Source: Longimicrobiales bacterium (lineage in GTDB: Bacteria > Gemmatimonadota > Gemmatimonadetes > Longimicrobiales > Gaopeijiaceae). Taken from it: 60,128 bases of DNA. The notes under the pieces were generated by a model. It saw nothing but the letters and a program-made list of their open reading frames with translations. It ran no database searches and was not told where the DNA came from. Within the stretch, counting starts at the first letter, position 1. Every line of letters starts with the position of its first letter. The stretch spans positions 1 through 60,128 of the forward strand of contig JAVVFC010000001.1 of NCBI GenBank assembly GCA_032250975.1, written 5' to 3'. This document shows positions 10,912-19,158 of the stretch, piece after piece. A program made the position numbers and the translations under genes.

Positions 10912-11594
10912 TCCCGCCCCGAGAACTCCCGGGCGAGTCCCGCCAGCACCCACGCGTCCAGCGTGTGCCCCGACGGGTGGTTCCGCTCGTCGAGTTCGAG
11001 CCCCAGGCGGCCCGCCAGGTGGCGTTGCCGGCTCAGGATCGCGGGCGGAATGAGCGCGTCCTCCTGCCCCTGCACCGAGACGAGACGGGCGTCGCGCAGG
11101 CCCGGACCCACCGGACTGGCCTCCAGGTCCGCCGGGAGCACCTCTCCCCAGAGCACGACCCACCGGGGCCGCACACCCCCGCGCGCAACCCACCGCGCCA
11201 GGGTGTGGCAGCCCTGGCTGAACCCCAGGGTCAGTACCGGAACCGGAGCGGCGAGCCGGCCCTGGACGTGGTCGTGAAAGCGATCCAGGTAGCGCACGTA
11301 GTCGTGGATCTCGGCCTCCCGGTCCTCCCGGGTCATCCAGGTGGCGCCCACGGGGGATCCGGGTCCGTGCCGACCGGGGCCGTCCTCCAGGTAGAAGCGG
11401 CTCAGCGCCTCGGGGGCCGCCAGCAGGCGCCAGGGGCGCGCCAGACTCCGGAAGCGGCGCAGAAAGCGAGCGGCGAGCTGGCGGTACCCGTGCAGCACGA
11501 TCCAGAGTTCCCGCACCTCCGGTCCGGGTTCCCCCAGCAGCGCGTAGCGGGCCGAGCGCACCACTTCGAGATGTCCCTCGGTGAGGGCGCTCAT
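10908..11594 (-). CDS. Alpha/beta-hydrolase (phospholipase/carboxylesterase family)
   Basis: LHGY oxyanion motif, GFSQG nucleophile elbow, C-terminal D and GH. Confidence 0.85.
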   Translation of the reverse strand: MSALTEGHLEVVRSARYALLGEPGPEVRELWIVLHGYRQLAARFLRRFRSLARPWRLLAAPEALSRFYLEDGPGRHGPGSPVGATWMTREDREAEIHDYVRYLDRFHDHVQGRLAAPVPVLTLGFSQGCHTLARWVARGGVRPRWVVLWGEVLPADLEASPVGPGLRDARLVSVQGQEDALIPPAILSRQRHLAGRLGLELDERNHPSGHTLDAWVLAGLAREFSGRD

Positions 11595-11950
11595 GCCAGC
11601 AGACGCGCCACCGTGTACGCCAGCGTTCCCAGGTGCACCACCAGGAAGGCCAGGAGCAGCCGACGTGGCCACCCCGGCCCGACCAGGCGCAGGTTGCGCC
11701 AGACCAGCCAGACGGCCGGCAGGGCGAGCCACCCCAGCACGGGTATGAAGTGGTCGGCCACCGCGGGCACCGGGTCGAGGATTCTCGAGGGGCCCTCGAC
11801 CAGACCCGAGGCGCGCAGAAGCCAGCGGAGCGACCAGGGGTAGAGCGCCGAGAGCGCGGGGGCGACCAGCAGGGCGTTGACGAAGAAGAGCCCTCCGGCG
11901 CGGGTCTCGATCCAGGGGGGGGCGGCGGCGGCCGGACCGGGCACCGTCAT
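11591..11950 (-). CDS. Small hypothetical membrane protein (about 3 TM)
   Basis: Hydrophobic helices; ATGA overlaps at both ends. Confidence 0.65.
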   Translation of the reverse strand: MTVPGPAAAAPPWIETRAGGLFFVNALLVAPALSALYPWSLRWLLRASGLVEGPSRILDPVPAVADHFIPVLGWLALPAVWLVWRNLRLVGPGWPRRLLLAFLVVHLGTLAYTVARLLA

Positions 11951-12537
11951 GCCCGGTCCACCGCGGCCTGGAAGACCGCGTCCAGCCGCTCCAGCCGATG
12001 TGCCTCCTGGCGGAGTTCGAGCAGCGACTGCTGCCAGCGTCCGTCGATCTGGATGCAGGGCGCCAGTTGAAAGGAGAGGTCCCGTTCCATGTCCAGCTCC
12101 GGCAGCTCCCCGGGGGAGGGGTCCATGCCCGCAACCACGGTGTTGAAGAGATCCAGGGTGCGCCGCCGGGCGGTCTGGATGGCGCCGTTGCGCGGGGCCG
12201 CCAGGTCGCAGTAGGGGAGCACTTCGGCCTCGTAGTAGAGTTCACGCTGGTCCAGCCCCCGCACGATGCGGAAGCGGTCCCCGCCCCGCACCAGAATCAG
12301 GGAGCGGCCGTCGGGCACGGGCTGGTGCTTCTCGATGCGCGCCAGCGTGCCCACCCGACCCTCGTCCAGCAGGAAGGGCCCCTGCTCGTCCCAGTCGTGG
12401 TGCACCAACCCGAACGACTGCGACGCGTCGAGGCAATCCGCCACCATCGCCCGGTATCGTGGCTCGAAGATGTGGAGCGGCATGGGTGCTCCGGGAAAGA
12501 GCACGGCCGGCAGGGGGAAGAGCGGGATGACGTCCAT
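11947..12537 (-). CDS. Lon protease N-terminal (substrate-binding) domain protein
   Basis: IPLFPLPAVLFPGAPMPLHIFEPRYRAMV signature. Confidence 0.9.
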   Translation of the reverse strand: MDVIPLFPLPAVLFPGAPMPLHIFEPRYRAMVADCLDASQSFGLVHHDWDEQGPFLLDEGRVGTLARIEKHQPVPDGRSLILVRGGDRFRIVRGLDQRELYYEAEVLPYCDLAAPRNGAIQTARRRTLDLFNTVVAGMDPSPGELPELDMERDLSFQLAPCIQIDGRWQQSLLELRQEAHRLERLDAVFQAAVDRA

Positions 12538-12571
12538 GGGGGAGCGCCTACACCCGGGTGCCGTCCAGGTT

Positions 12572-13966
12572 CTACACCGCGGGGACGGGCAGCTCCTCGT
12601 CGCCGGTCTCGAGCCGGTCCAGCGCGCCCGCCAGCCGGATGCGGATGCGGATCACCAGCAGGACCGCGACCAGCGCCAGTCCCAGGGCCAGTCCCCACCA
12701 GAGCCCCCTTGGACCCATACCCGCCCGGAAGGAGAGAAGCGCGCCCACCGGAAGTCCGGCACCCCAGAATCCGAGGAGGTTGGTCCACATCGGCACCCGC
12801 GTGTCGCCCACCCCGCGCAACACTCCCTGCGCGACCACCTGCAGGCCGTCGAACACCTGGAAGAGCCCGGCGATGGGCAGGAGCGAGGCGGCGAGCGCCA
12901 CCACGGCCGGGTCGGACGAGTAGAGGCGTGCCAGGCCGCCCGGGACGGCAAGGAACACGGCCATGGTCACCGTCATGAATCCGGCGCCCACCAGCATGCC
13001 GCCGGCCGCCGCCCGTCGCGCCCGCTCCGGATCGCGCGCGCCCACTCCCCGCCCCACCAGTACGGTGGTGGCCTGGGAGACGCCGAGCGGAACCATGAAG
13101 GTGAGGGCGGCCAGGTTGAGTGCGATCTGGTGTCCCGCGACGGAAAGCGTCCCCAGGACACCCATGAGGACTCCGGCCATGCCGAAGGCCCCGTACTCCA
13201 GCCCCATCTGCGCCCCGATCGGCACCCCCAGTCGCATCATGCGCGCGAGCGGTGCCCAGCGCAGGGCCTGGGGACGAAGCGGCAGGAGCTGGCTGCGCAG
13301 CCGGCCCCAGGAGAGGCCCAGCAGCGCGAGCGCCATCACCCAGCGGGAGAGCGAGGACGCCCACCCCGAACCGACCGCGCCCAGGGGCGGCGCCCCCAGA
13401 TTCCCGTACACCAGCATCCAGTTGAAGAGCACGTTCGCCACGTTGGCCACGGCGATGGCGACCAGGATCGGCGTCACCTCGCCGCGGGCCTGGAGCGTCT
13501 GCCGAAGGACCACGAAGAGGTAGAAGGGGAGCACGCCGGGAATGGTGGCCAGGGCGTACCCTGCGGCGCGGGGGATGACCTCGGGCGGTTGCCGCAGCAG
13601 GTGCAGGACCGGCTCGGCCAGCAGCAGCAGCCCCGCGGCCAGCACCGTCAGACCCAGGGCGAGGATCAGGCCCCGCTGGACTCCGCGCGCCACCCCCTCC
13701 TCGTCCCCCGCGCCCACCGCCTGCGACACCACCGGGTCCAGGGAGAGGAGGAGCCCCATGCCAAAGACCGCGCATGCGAAGAAGTAGATGTTGCCGAGCG
13801 CCACCGCGGCCAGGTCGGCGGGTGAGACGTGCCCCACCATGACCGTGTCCACCACCCCCATGAGCATCATGCCCACCTGGACGGCGGCCACCGGGAGTGC
13901 CAGACGGAGCAGCTCCGCGAGTTCGCCCCTTCGGAGCAGGACTACCCCCGGCGTTCCGGGTCGCAC
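12572..13966 (-). CDS. MATE family efflux transporter (NorM-like)
   Basis: LALPV, VDTVMVGH, DPVVSQAVGA, GHQIALN, FQVFDGLQ, LRGVGDT; GTG 13966 has a GGAGG SD (alternative start 14008). Confidence 0.92.
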   Translation of the reverse strand: MRPGTPGVVLLRRGELAELLRLALPVAAVQVGMMLMGVVDTVMVGHVSPADLAAVALGNIYFFACAVFGMGLLLSLDPVVSQAVGAGDEEGVARGVQRGLILALGLTVLAAGLLLLAEPVLHLLRQPPEVIPRAAGYALATIPGVLPFYLFVVLRQTLQARGEVTPILVAIAVANVANVLFNWMLVYGNLGAPPLGAVGSGWASSLSRWVMALALLGLSWGRLRSQLLPLRPQALRWAPLARMMRLGVPIGAQMGLEYGAFGMAGVLMGVLGTLSVAGHQIALNLAALTFMVPLGVSQATTVLVGRGVGARDPERARRAAAGGMLVGAGFMTVTMAVFLAVPGGLARLYSSDPAVVALAASLLPIAGLFQVFDGLQVVAQGVLRGVGDTRVPMWTNLLGFWGAGLPVGALLSFRAGMGPRGLWWGLALGLALVAVLLVIRIRIRLAGALDRLETGDEELPVPAV

Positions 13967-14493
13967 CCGTCCCTCCGGCGCGTGTCCACCAGCTGCAGGA
14001 TCTCCCACCCTCCGACGGCGCGGGTCATGACGAAGAGGTCCACGCCGCAGTGCTGGAAGGCCCCGTCCACGAAGAGGTTGTAGGGCGTCCAGGCCATGGC
14101 CAGGTTCCCCTCCACCAGCACCACCTCGTCGAAGGTGACCTCGTCCAGGTGCGCCCGGCCGGCCAGCACCCGGCCGACGAAGGCCTCCGCCGTACCCCCC
14201 GGGGTGGCGGGGGCCCCGGCCGCGTCGGTGGCCGCGGTGTGCAGTCGCGCCTCGGGGTGGAAGACCGAGCGCAGCAGCGCTTCGTCCTTCTGGCGCATGC
14301 CGTCGAAGAGCGTCCGCACCACGCCGAGCACCGCTTCACGGTCCGCGCCCGTGGACCCCGCGCCGGTGCCCGCCCCGGCCCCGCTCTGAGCCAGGAGCCC
14401 CGCGGGAAGGAGGGCCAGGAGCAGCACCGACAGCGGGATTCGACAAGCTGGCCCGCACGGAAGCGGGTCGCGGGTGGGGCATCGCCTGGCCAT
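13942..14493 (-). CDS. Exported NTF2/SnoaL-like fold protein
   Basis: Signal-peptide-like LLLALLPAGLLAQ; NLAMAWTPY..HCGVDLF..WEILQLVDT typical of the NTF2-like family. Confidence 0.75.
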   Translation of the reverse strand: MARRCPTRDPLPCGPACRIPLSVLLLALLPAGLLAQSGAGAGTGAGSTGADREAVLGVVRTLFDGMRQKDEALLRSVFHPEARLHTAATDAAGAPATPGGTAEAFVGRVLAGRAHLDEVTFDEVVLVEGNLAMAWTPYNLFVDGAFQHCGVDLFVMTRAVGGWEILQLVDTRRRDGCDPERRG

Positions 14494-14662
14494 GGTCGTT
14501 CTCTCCGGATCGGGGGGTACGCGCGCCCGCGGGCGCCGGAGCGCAATCTCGCACCGCGCCACTTGCCGCACCAAGAGCGGAGGCCGATCCTGGCCGTTGT
14601 CTCGCGGCCACCCCGTTCCGGCGGGGCCGGCCCGTCCCCGCACCCACTCCGACTCCCCCGCC

Positions 14663-15142
14663 ATGCCTCCCGACCCCGCCGCTCCCGGTGCACGCGTGCT
14701 CTCGCTCTGGCGCCGGCTGGCACCCCTGCCCGGGGGCGCCTTCCTCTTCGCGCGGGCCCTCGGGCGCATGGTGCCCTACACCGGAGCGTTGGGCGCGCGC
14801 GTGCGGCGACTGGAGCCGGGTCACGCGTGCGTCACCCTCGCCGAGCGCCGCGGCGTGCGGAACCACCTCCGCTCGATCCATGCGGTGGCGCTCGCCAATC
14901 TGGGGGAGCTGGCCACCGGTCTGGCCGTGCTCACGGCGCTACCGGTGGGTGTGCGCGGCATCGTGACCGAGCTGTGCACCACCTATCACGCCAAGGCGCG
15001 CGGCACCATCCGTGCGGAGTGCCGGGCCCCGGGACCGTTCCGGCCCGACACCGCGGTCGAGGTCACGGCCGAACTCACAGACGGCGACGGGGTGCCGGTC
15101 GCCACCGTGCGGGCGCAGTGGACGCTGGGGGAGGCCTCGTGA
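14663..15142 (+). CDS. Hotdog-fold thioesterase (DUF4442/PaaI-like)
   Basis: VPYTG, VRNHLRSIHAVALANLGE, YHAKARG. Confidence 0.85.
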   Translation: MPPDPAAPGARVLSLWRRLAPLPGGAFLFARALGRMVPYTGALGARVRRLEPGHACVTLAERRGVRNHLRSIHAVALANLGELATGLAVLTALPVGVRGIVTELCTTYHAKARGTIRAECRAPGPFRPDTAVEVTAELTDGDGVPVATVRAQWTLGEAS

Positions 15143-16143
15143 GCGCCGGACTGCTGCAGACCGCGCTCACGCGCGACGCGGGCGTGTCGCTGCCCGTGAT
15201 CGGGGGACCCATGTATCCGTGCTCCAATCCGGAGCTGGTGGCCGCCGTCAGCGAAGCGGGGGGCATAGGGGTGGTGCAGCCGGTCTCGCTCACCTTCGTG
15301 CACGGGTGGGACTTCCGCTCCGGGCTCCGCCACATCCGCACGCTCACGTCGGGGCCGGTGGGGCTGAACGCGCTCATCGAGGGGTCGAGCCGCCGCTACC
15401 GGGAGCGGGTCGAGCAGTGGATCGACGTGGCCATTGAGGAGGGTGTCCGCTTCTTCGTCACTTCGCTGGGCAAGCCGGACTGGGTGGTCGCGCGGGCGCA
15501 TACGGTCGGGGGCGTGGTCTACCACGACGCCACAGAGCGGAAGTGGGCGGAAAAGGCGCGGGACGGCGGGGTGGACGGGCTCATCGCCGTGAACGCCCAG
15601 GCGGGCGGGCACGCGGGCCCCCGCTCGCCCGAGGCGCTGCTGGAGGAGCTGGCGGGGCTGGGGCTGCCCGTGGTGCGGGCGGGCGGGGTGGCCACCGCCG
15701 AGGATTTCATGGCCTCGCTGCGGGCGGGGTACGCGGGGGTCCAGATGGGCACCCGCCTGATCGCCACCGACGAGTGCACCGCCAGCGACGCGTACAAGGC
15801 CGCCATCGTGCGTGCCCGCGCCCGCGATATCGTCCTGAGCGAGCGCATCACCGGGGTGCCGGTGGCCCTCATCAACACGCCCTACGTGCAGGCCCTGGGT
15901 ACGCGGGCCGGCCCCCTCGCCCGCCGGCTGCTGCGGGGGCGGCGCACCAGGCACTGGATGCGGGCCTTCTACACCCTTCGTTCGCTCTGGCAACTGAGAC
16001 GCGCCTCCTACGGCGACGACGTCCGCCGGGAGTACTGGCAGGCAGGGCGTTCCGTGGAGGGCATACACGGGGTGGAGCCGGTCGGCGAGATTCTCGGTAG
16101 ATTCAGGAACCACGCAACGCGGCCCGGGGGTAGCACCCCGTGA
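15139..16143 (+). CDS. Nitronate monooxygenase / FabK-like flavin oxidoreductase
   Basis: PVIGGPM, AAVSEAGGIG, AGGHAG, AGGV, GVQMGTR; GTGA overlap. Confidence 0.88.
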   Translation: MSAGLLQTALTRDAGVSLPVIGGPMYPCSNPELVAAVSEAGGIGVVQPVSLTFVHGWDFRSGLRHIRTLTSGPVGLNALIEGSSRRYRERVEQWIDVAIEEGVRFFVTSLGKPDWVVARAHTVGGVVYHDATERKWAEKARDGGVDGLIAVNAQAGGHAGPRSPEALLEELAGLGLPVVRAGGVATAEDFMASLRAGYAGVQMGTRLIATDECTASDAYKAAIVRARARDIVLSERITGVPVALINTPYVQALGTRAGPLARRLLRGRRTRHWMRAFYTLRSLWQLRRASYGDDVRREYWQAGRSVEGIHGVEPVGEILGRFRNHATRPGGSTP

Positions 16144-16175
16144 CGGAAAACCGAACTCGATTCCGCGAGGTAACC

Positions 16176-16850
16176 ATGCGACGCATCACCACCGCGCTCA
16201 CCGTGCTGGCCACCGCCGGCGCGCTCCTCTTCACCACGGCGTGCGCGTCGAACACGGGGCGGGGCGCGGCCATCGGCGCGGCCGGCGGGGCGGTCGTGGG
16301 CGCGGCCGTGGGAAGCGCCGCCGGCTCCACGACCAAGGGCGCCATCATCGGAGCGGTGGTGGGCGGCGCCGCCGGGGCGATCATCGGCCAGCGCATGGAC
16401 CGCAAGGCGGAGGAGCTGGCCCGCCGCCTGCCCAACGCCTCCGTGGAGCGCGTCGGCGAAGGCATCCTCATCACCTTCGACTCCGGCATCCTCTTCGACG
16501 TGGACTCCAGCACCCTCAAGGCGGAGGCGCGCAGCAACCTCTCGGCGCTGGCCAACTCGCTCAGCGACCTCGAGTCGGACGCCGTCCTCATGGTGGTCGG
16601 TCACACCGACGCCACCGGCTCGGACACCTACAACCAGAGCCTCTCCGAGCGGCGGGCGGCGGCGGCGGTCAGCCACCTGGCGCAGTCGGGCATGAACCCG
16701 ACCCAGATCGAGACGCTCGGCCTGGGTGAGTCCGAGCCGGTGGCGGACAACACCACCGAGGCCGGCCGCTCGCTCAACCGCCGGGTCGAGGTCGCCATCT
16801 ACGCCAGCGAAGCCTACCGCCAGCGGGTCCAGAACCGGGTCGGTCAGTAA
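16176..16850 (+). CDS. OmpA-family lipoprotein with glycine zipper
   Basis: TTAC lipobox, GAAIGAAGGAVVG zipper, VGHTDATG, NQSLSERRA, NRRVE; GAGG SD. Confidence 0.93.
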   Translation: MRRITTALTVLATAGALLFTTACASNTGRGAAIGAAGGAVVGAAVGSAAGSTTKGAIIGAVVGGAAGAIIGQRMDRKAEELARRLPNASVERVGEGILITFDSGILFDVDSSTLKAEARSNLSALANSLSDLESDAVLMVVGHTDATGSDTYNQSLSERRAAAAVSHLAQSGMNPTQIETLGLGESEPVADNTTEAGRSLNRRVEVAIYASEAYRQRVQNRVGQ

Positions 16851-16871
16851 CGCCCGGCCGGGGGTAGCCCG

Positions 16872-17645
16872 TCAGCGCCCGGGGAGCCGGGGGAAGACCG
16901 CGGGGGTCCGCTCCGCGTACTCCCGGTACCCCGGGCGCGTCTCGTTCAGGTGCGGCTCCAGGAGCGGTACGCCCGAGACCCGAAGCAGCAGCAGCGTCAT
17001 GGCTGCGGGGGCCGGGAACGTCCACCACCCGCCCGCGTCCGCGGCCAGCAGGTAGAAGCCCCACCAGAGGACGATCTCGCCGAAGTAGTTCGGGTGCCGG
17101 GAGAGGCGCCAGAGCCCCGAAGTCAGGACCCGGCCGCGCTGGGCCGGGTCGCTCCGGAAGCGAGCGAGCTGGGCGTCCGCAACCGCCTCCCAGGCGAAGC
17201 CGGTCAGGAAGGTGAGTGCGCCCGCCCAGCCGAGGAGTCCGGGCACCCCCTCCCGCCAGACGGCCACCGCCAGCGGGACCGAAAGCAGCCAGGCGAGCAC
17301 GGCCTGCAGCCAGAAGACCGTGGCCAGGCTCCGACGGGGGAATCCTTCCGGATCGCGGGCGCGCATGGCGGCGTAGCGGCGGTCCTCGCCGGAGGCGCGC
17401 GCCCAGCGGCGTCCCAGGTGCAGCGCCAGGCGAACCGCCCAGAGGAGCACCGCCCCCAGTGCGAGCATGGCGCGCGTACCGCGCACGCCGCCCCCGGCGG
17501 CCACCAGTGTGAGCGCCACCACCGCGAAGGCGGGGCCCCAGGCGACGTCCACGACCGATACGTCCGCCCGGCGGGACGCGAAGCCCCAGAGCGCCGTGGC
17601 CAGGAGCAGCAGGAGCGGCAGGGCCGCCAGCCAGGGATCGATCAT
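16872..17645 (-). CDS. DUF1295 / steroid 5-alpha-reductase-like membrane protein
   Basis: VDVAWG, EDRRY, EAVADAQL, GLWRLSRHPNYFGE. Confidence 0.9.
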   Translation of the reverse strand: MIDPWLAALPLLLLLATALWGFASRRADVSVVDVAWGPAFAVVALTLVAAGGGVRGTRAMLALGAVLLWAVRLALHLGRRWARASGEDRRYAAMRARDPEGFPRRSLATVFWLQAVLAWLLSVPLAVAVWREGVPGLLGWAGALTFLTGFAWEAVADAQLARFRSDPAQRGRVLTSGLWRLSRHPNYFGEIVLWWGFYLLAADAGGWWTFPAPAAMTLLLLRVSGVPLLEPHLNETRPGYREYAERTPAVFPRLPGR

Positions 17646-17699
17646 GCCCGTCTCACCCCACAGCGGTCGCCCGGATCCGCCACCGCCGGACGGGACCCG

Positions 17700-19049
17700 T
17701 CAGAACGAGGTGTTGAGACCCGGGAAGCGGGCGTTGACGATGTTGTTGAAGATGGAGCCGAACCGATAGCTGAGGCCCACCTCGAACGAGGTGCGGGACC
17801 CGGTCGCGAGCGCACGCCTCGAGGTGAGGATCTCCTCGGGGCTCAGACCCGCGCCCGAGAGGAAGCGCTGGTCCCGGATCACCTCGTAGTTGGCGCCCAG
17901 CGAGAGGCTCAGCCCACGCACGAGACGGTAGTCGAGGCGGCCCGAGAGCTCCACCCGGAACTGGTCGGAGTGCTGGAGGAGGTGTCGGCCCTCGGCCCCG
18001 ACGCGGGCGCTGCCCCACGGCTCCTGGACCCGGACCTGCACATCCAGGCGCTGGGCGAGGAGGGTCTCCTCCATCTTCTGGAAGACGGTGACCTCCTCGT
18101 AGTCCAGGTAGTCGACGCCCAGGGTGTAGAGCACCACGAAGCGCCGGCGGGTGGACTCCTGCCAGGGGAAGAAATTCCACTCCACCGCGGGGGCGAACTC
18201 CACGGCGAAGTCCCGGTTGAAGCGGGTCGAGGATCCGGCGGCGGTCAGGAAGCCCACCGACCAGTGGGGACTCAGGCTCCGCACCAGCAGCAGCGAGGTC
18301 TCCCAGTCGTTGCGCTCGTCCACGAAGCCGCCGCCGTCCTCGAAGTTCACTTCGCGCCGGAAGATGTCGAGGGAACCCCGGACGTCCAGCTTCCAGAGGT
18401 CGGTGGTGCGGTTGGCGGTGACGTCGAGGCCGAATTCGTCCTGCGTCTCGCGGTCCTCTCGTTCGATCTCGGCGTCCGCCCGGATGGAGAAGACCCAGAA
18501 GTTCCACGGATCGTCCTCCGGGGCGACCTCACGCTCGCCGCCCGTGCGATCCGCCGCGGGCACCCCCGTGACCTCGACAGTGCCGCCCAGCCCCGCCAGG
18601 GCCGCGTAGCGGACCAGCCCCAGGGAGAGGACCCGTCGCAGCCCCGCCACCACCTCCTCCTCCACGTCGGTGGCGCTGGAGGTGAACCGGAAGCGGTCGC
18701 GTGCCTCGGCCAGCGCCCCGCGCCCCTGGAAGTCGAGAGAGTACTGGAAGCCGCCGCTCCCCGCGGACTGGCCGGTCATCAGGATGTGGACCTGGGCGTC
18801 CTGCGGCTCGCGCACCCAGACCACCCAGGTGATCTCCTGGCGGAAACGATCCGCGCGGCAGTTGAACGTCTGACAGTCGAGAAAGACGCGCAGGGCGTCG
18901 GCGGTGGTGGGCTGCTCCGCCGCCGGCTCCTGTCCGATGAGCGGGCCGGGCCGCCCGACGGCCGCGCCGGCCAGAACGGCGAGCGCGGGCAGGAGGCGTC
19001 GGAGCGTAGCGGGACGGCATATCGAGGATACCGGATGGAATGCGGTCAA
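17700..19049 (-). CDS. Hypothetical outer-membrane beta-barrel protein (start uncertain)
   Basis: Signal-like RRLLPALAVLAGAA; N-terminal VFLDCQTFNC domain; amphipathic strands; C-terminal YRFGSIFNNIVNARF; nearest in-frame start is TTG 19049. Confidence 0.7.
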   Translation of the reverse strand: MTAFHPVSSICRPATLRRLLPALAVLAGAAVGRPGPLIGQEPAAEQPTTADALRVFLDCQTFNCRADRFRQEITWVVWVREPQDAQVHILMTGQSAGSGGFQYSLDFQGRGALAEARDRFRFTSSATDVEEEVVAGLRRVLSLGLVRYAALAGLGGTVEVTGVPAADRTGGEREVAPEDDPWNFWVFSIRADAEIEREDRETQDEFGLDVTANRTTDLWKLDVRGSLDIFRREVNFEDGGGFVDERNDWETSLLLVRSLSPHWSVGFLTAAGSSTRFNRDFAVEFAPAVEWNFFPWQESTRRRFVVLYTLGVDYLDYEEVTVFQKMEETLLAQRLDVQVRVQEPWGSARVGAEGRHLLQHSDQFRVELSGRLDYRLVRGLSLSLGANYEVIRDQRFLSGAGLSPEEILTSRRALATGSRTSFEVGLSYRFGSIFNNIVNARFPGLNTSF

Positions 19050-19158
19050 TTTCTTCAGGGTCGAAGCCGGGGCTTTCCCCGCCCGCAGTTCGGGGTGGGG
19101 ATCGCCCGGGGGACACGCCCCGGGCCCTGCGTGTTGGGCGGGACTACCGGCGGACGCC

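Noticed and set aside
14663-17645. Thioesterase, flavin oxidoreductase, OmpA and DUF1295 as a lipid pathway
   Set aside because: Common families with mixed orientation; the sequence gives no specific support for a shared pathway.
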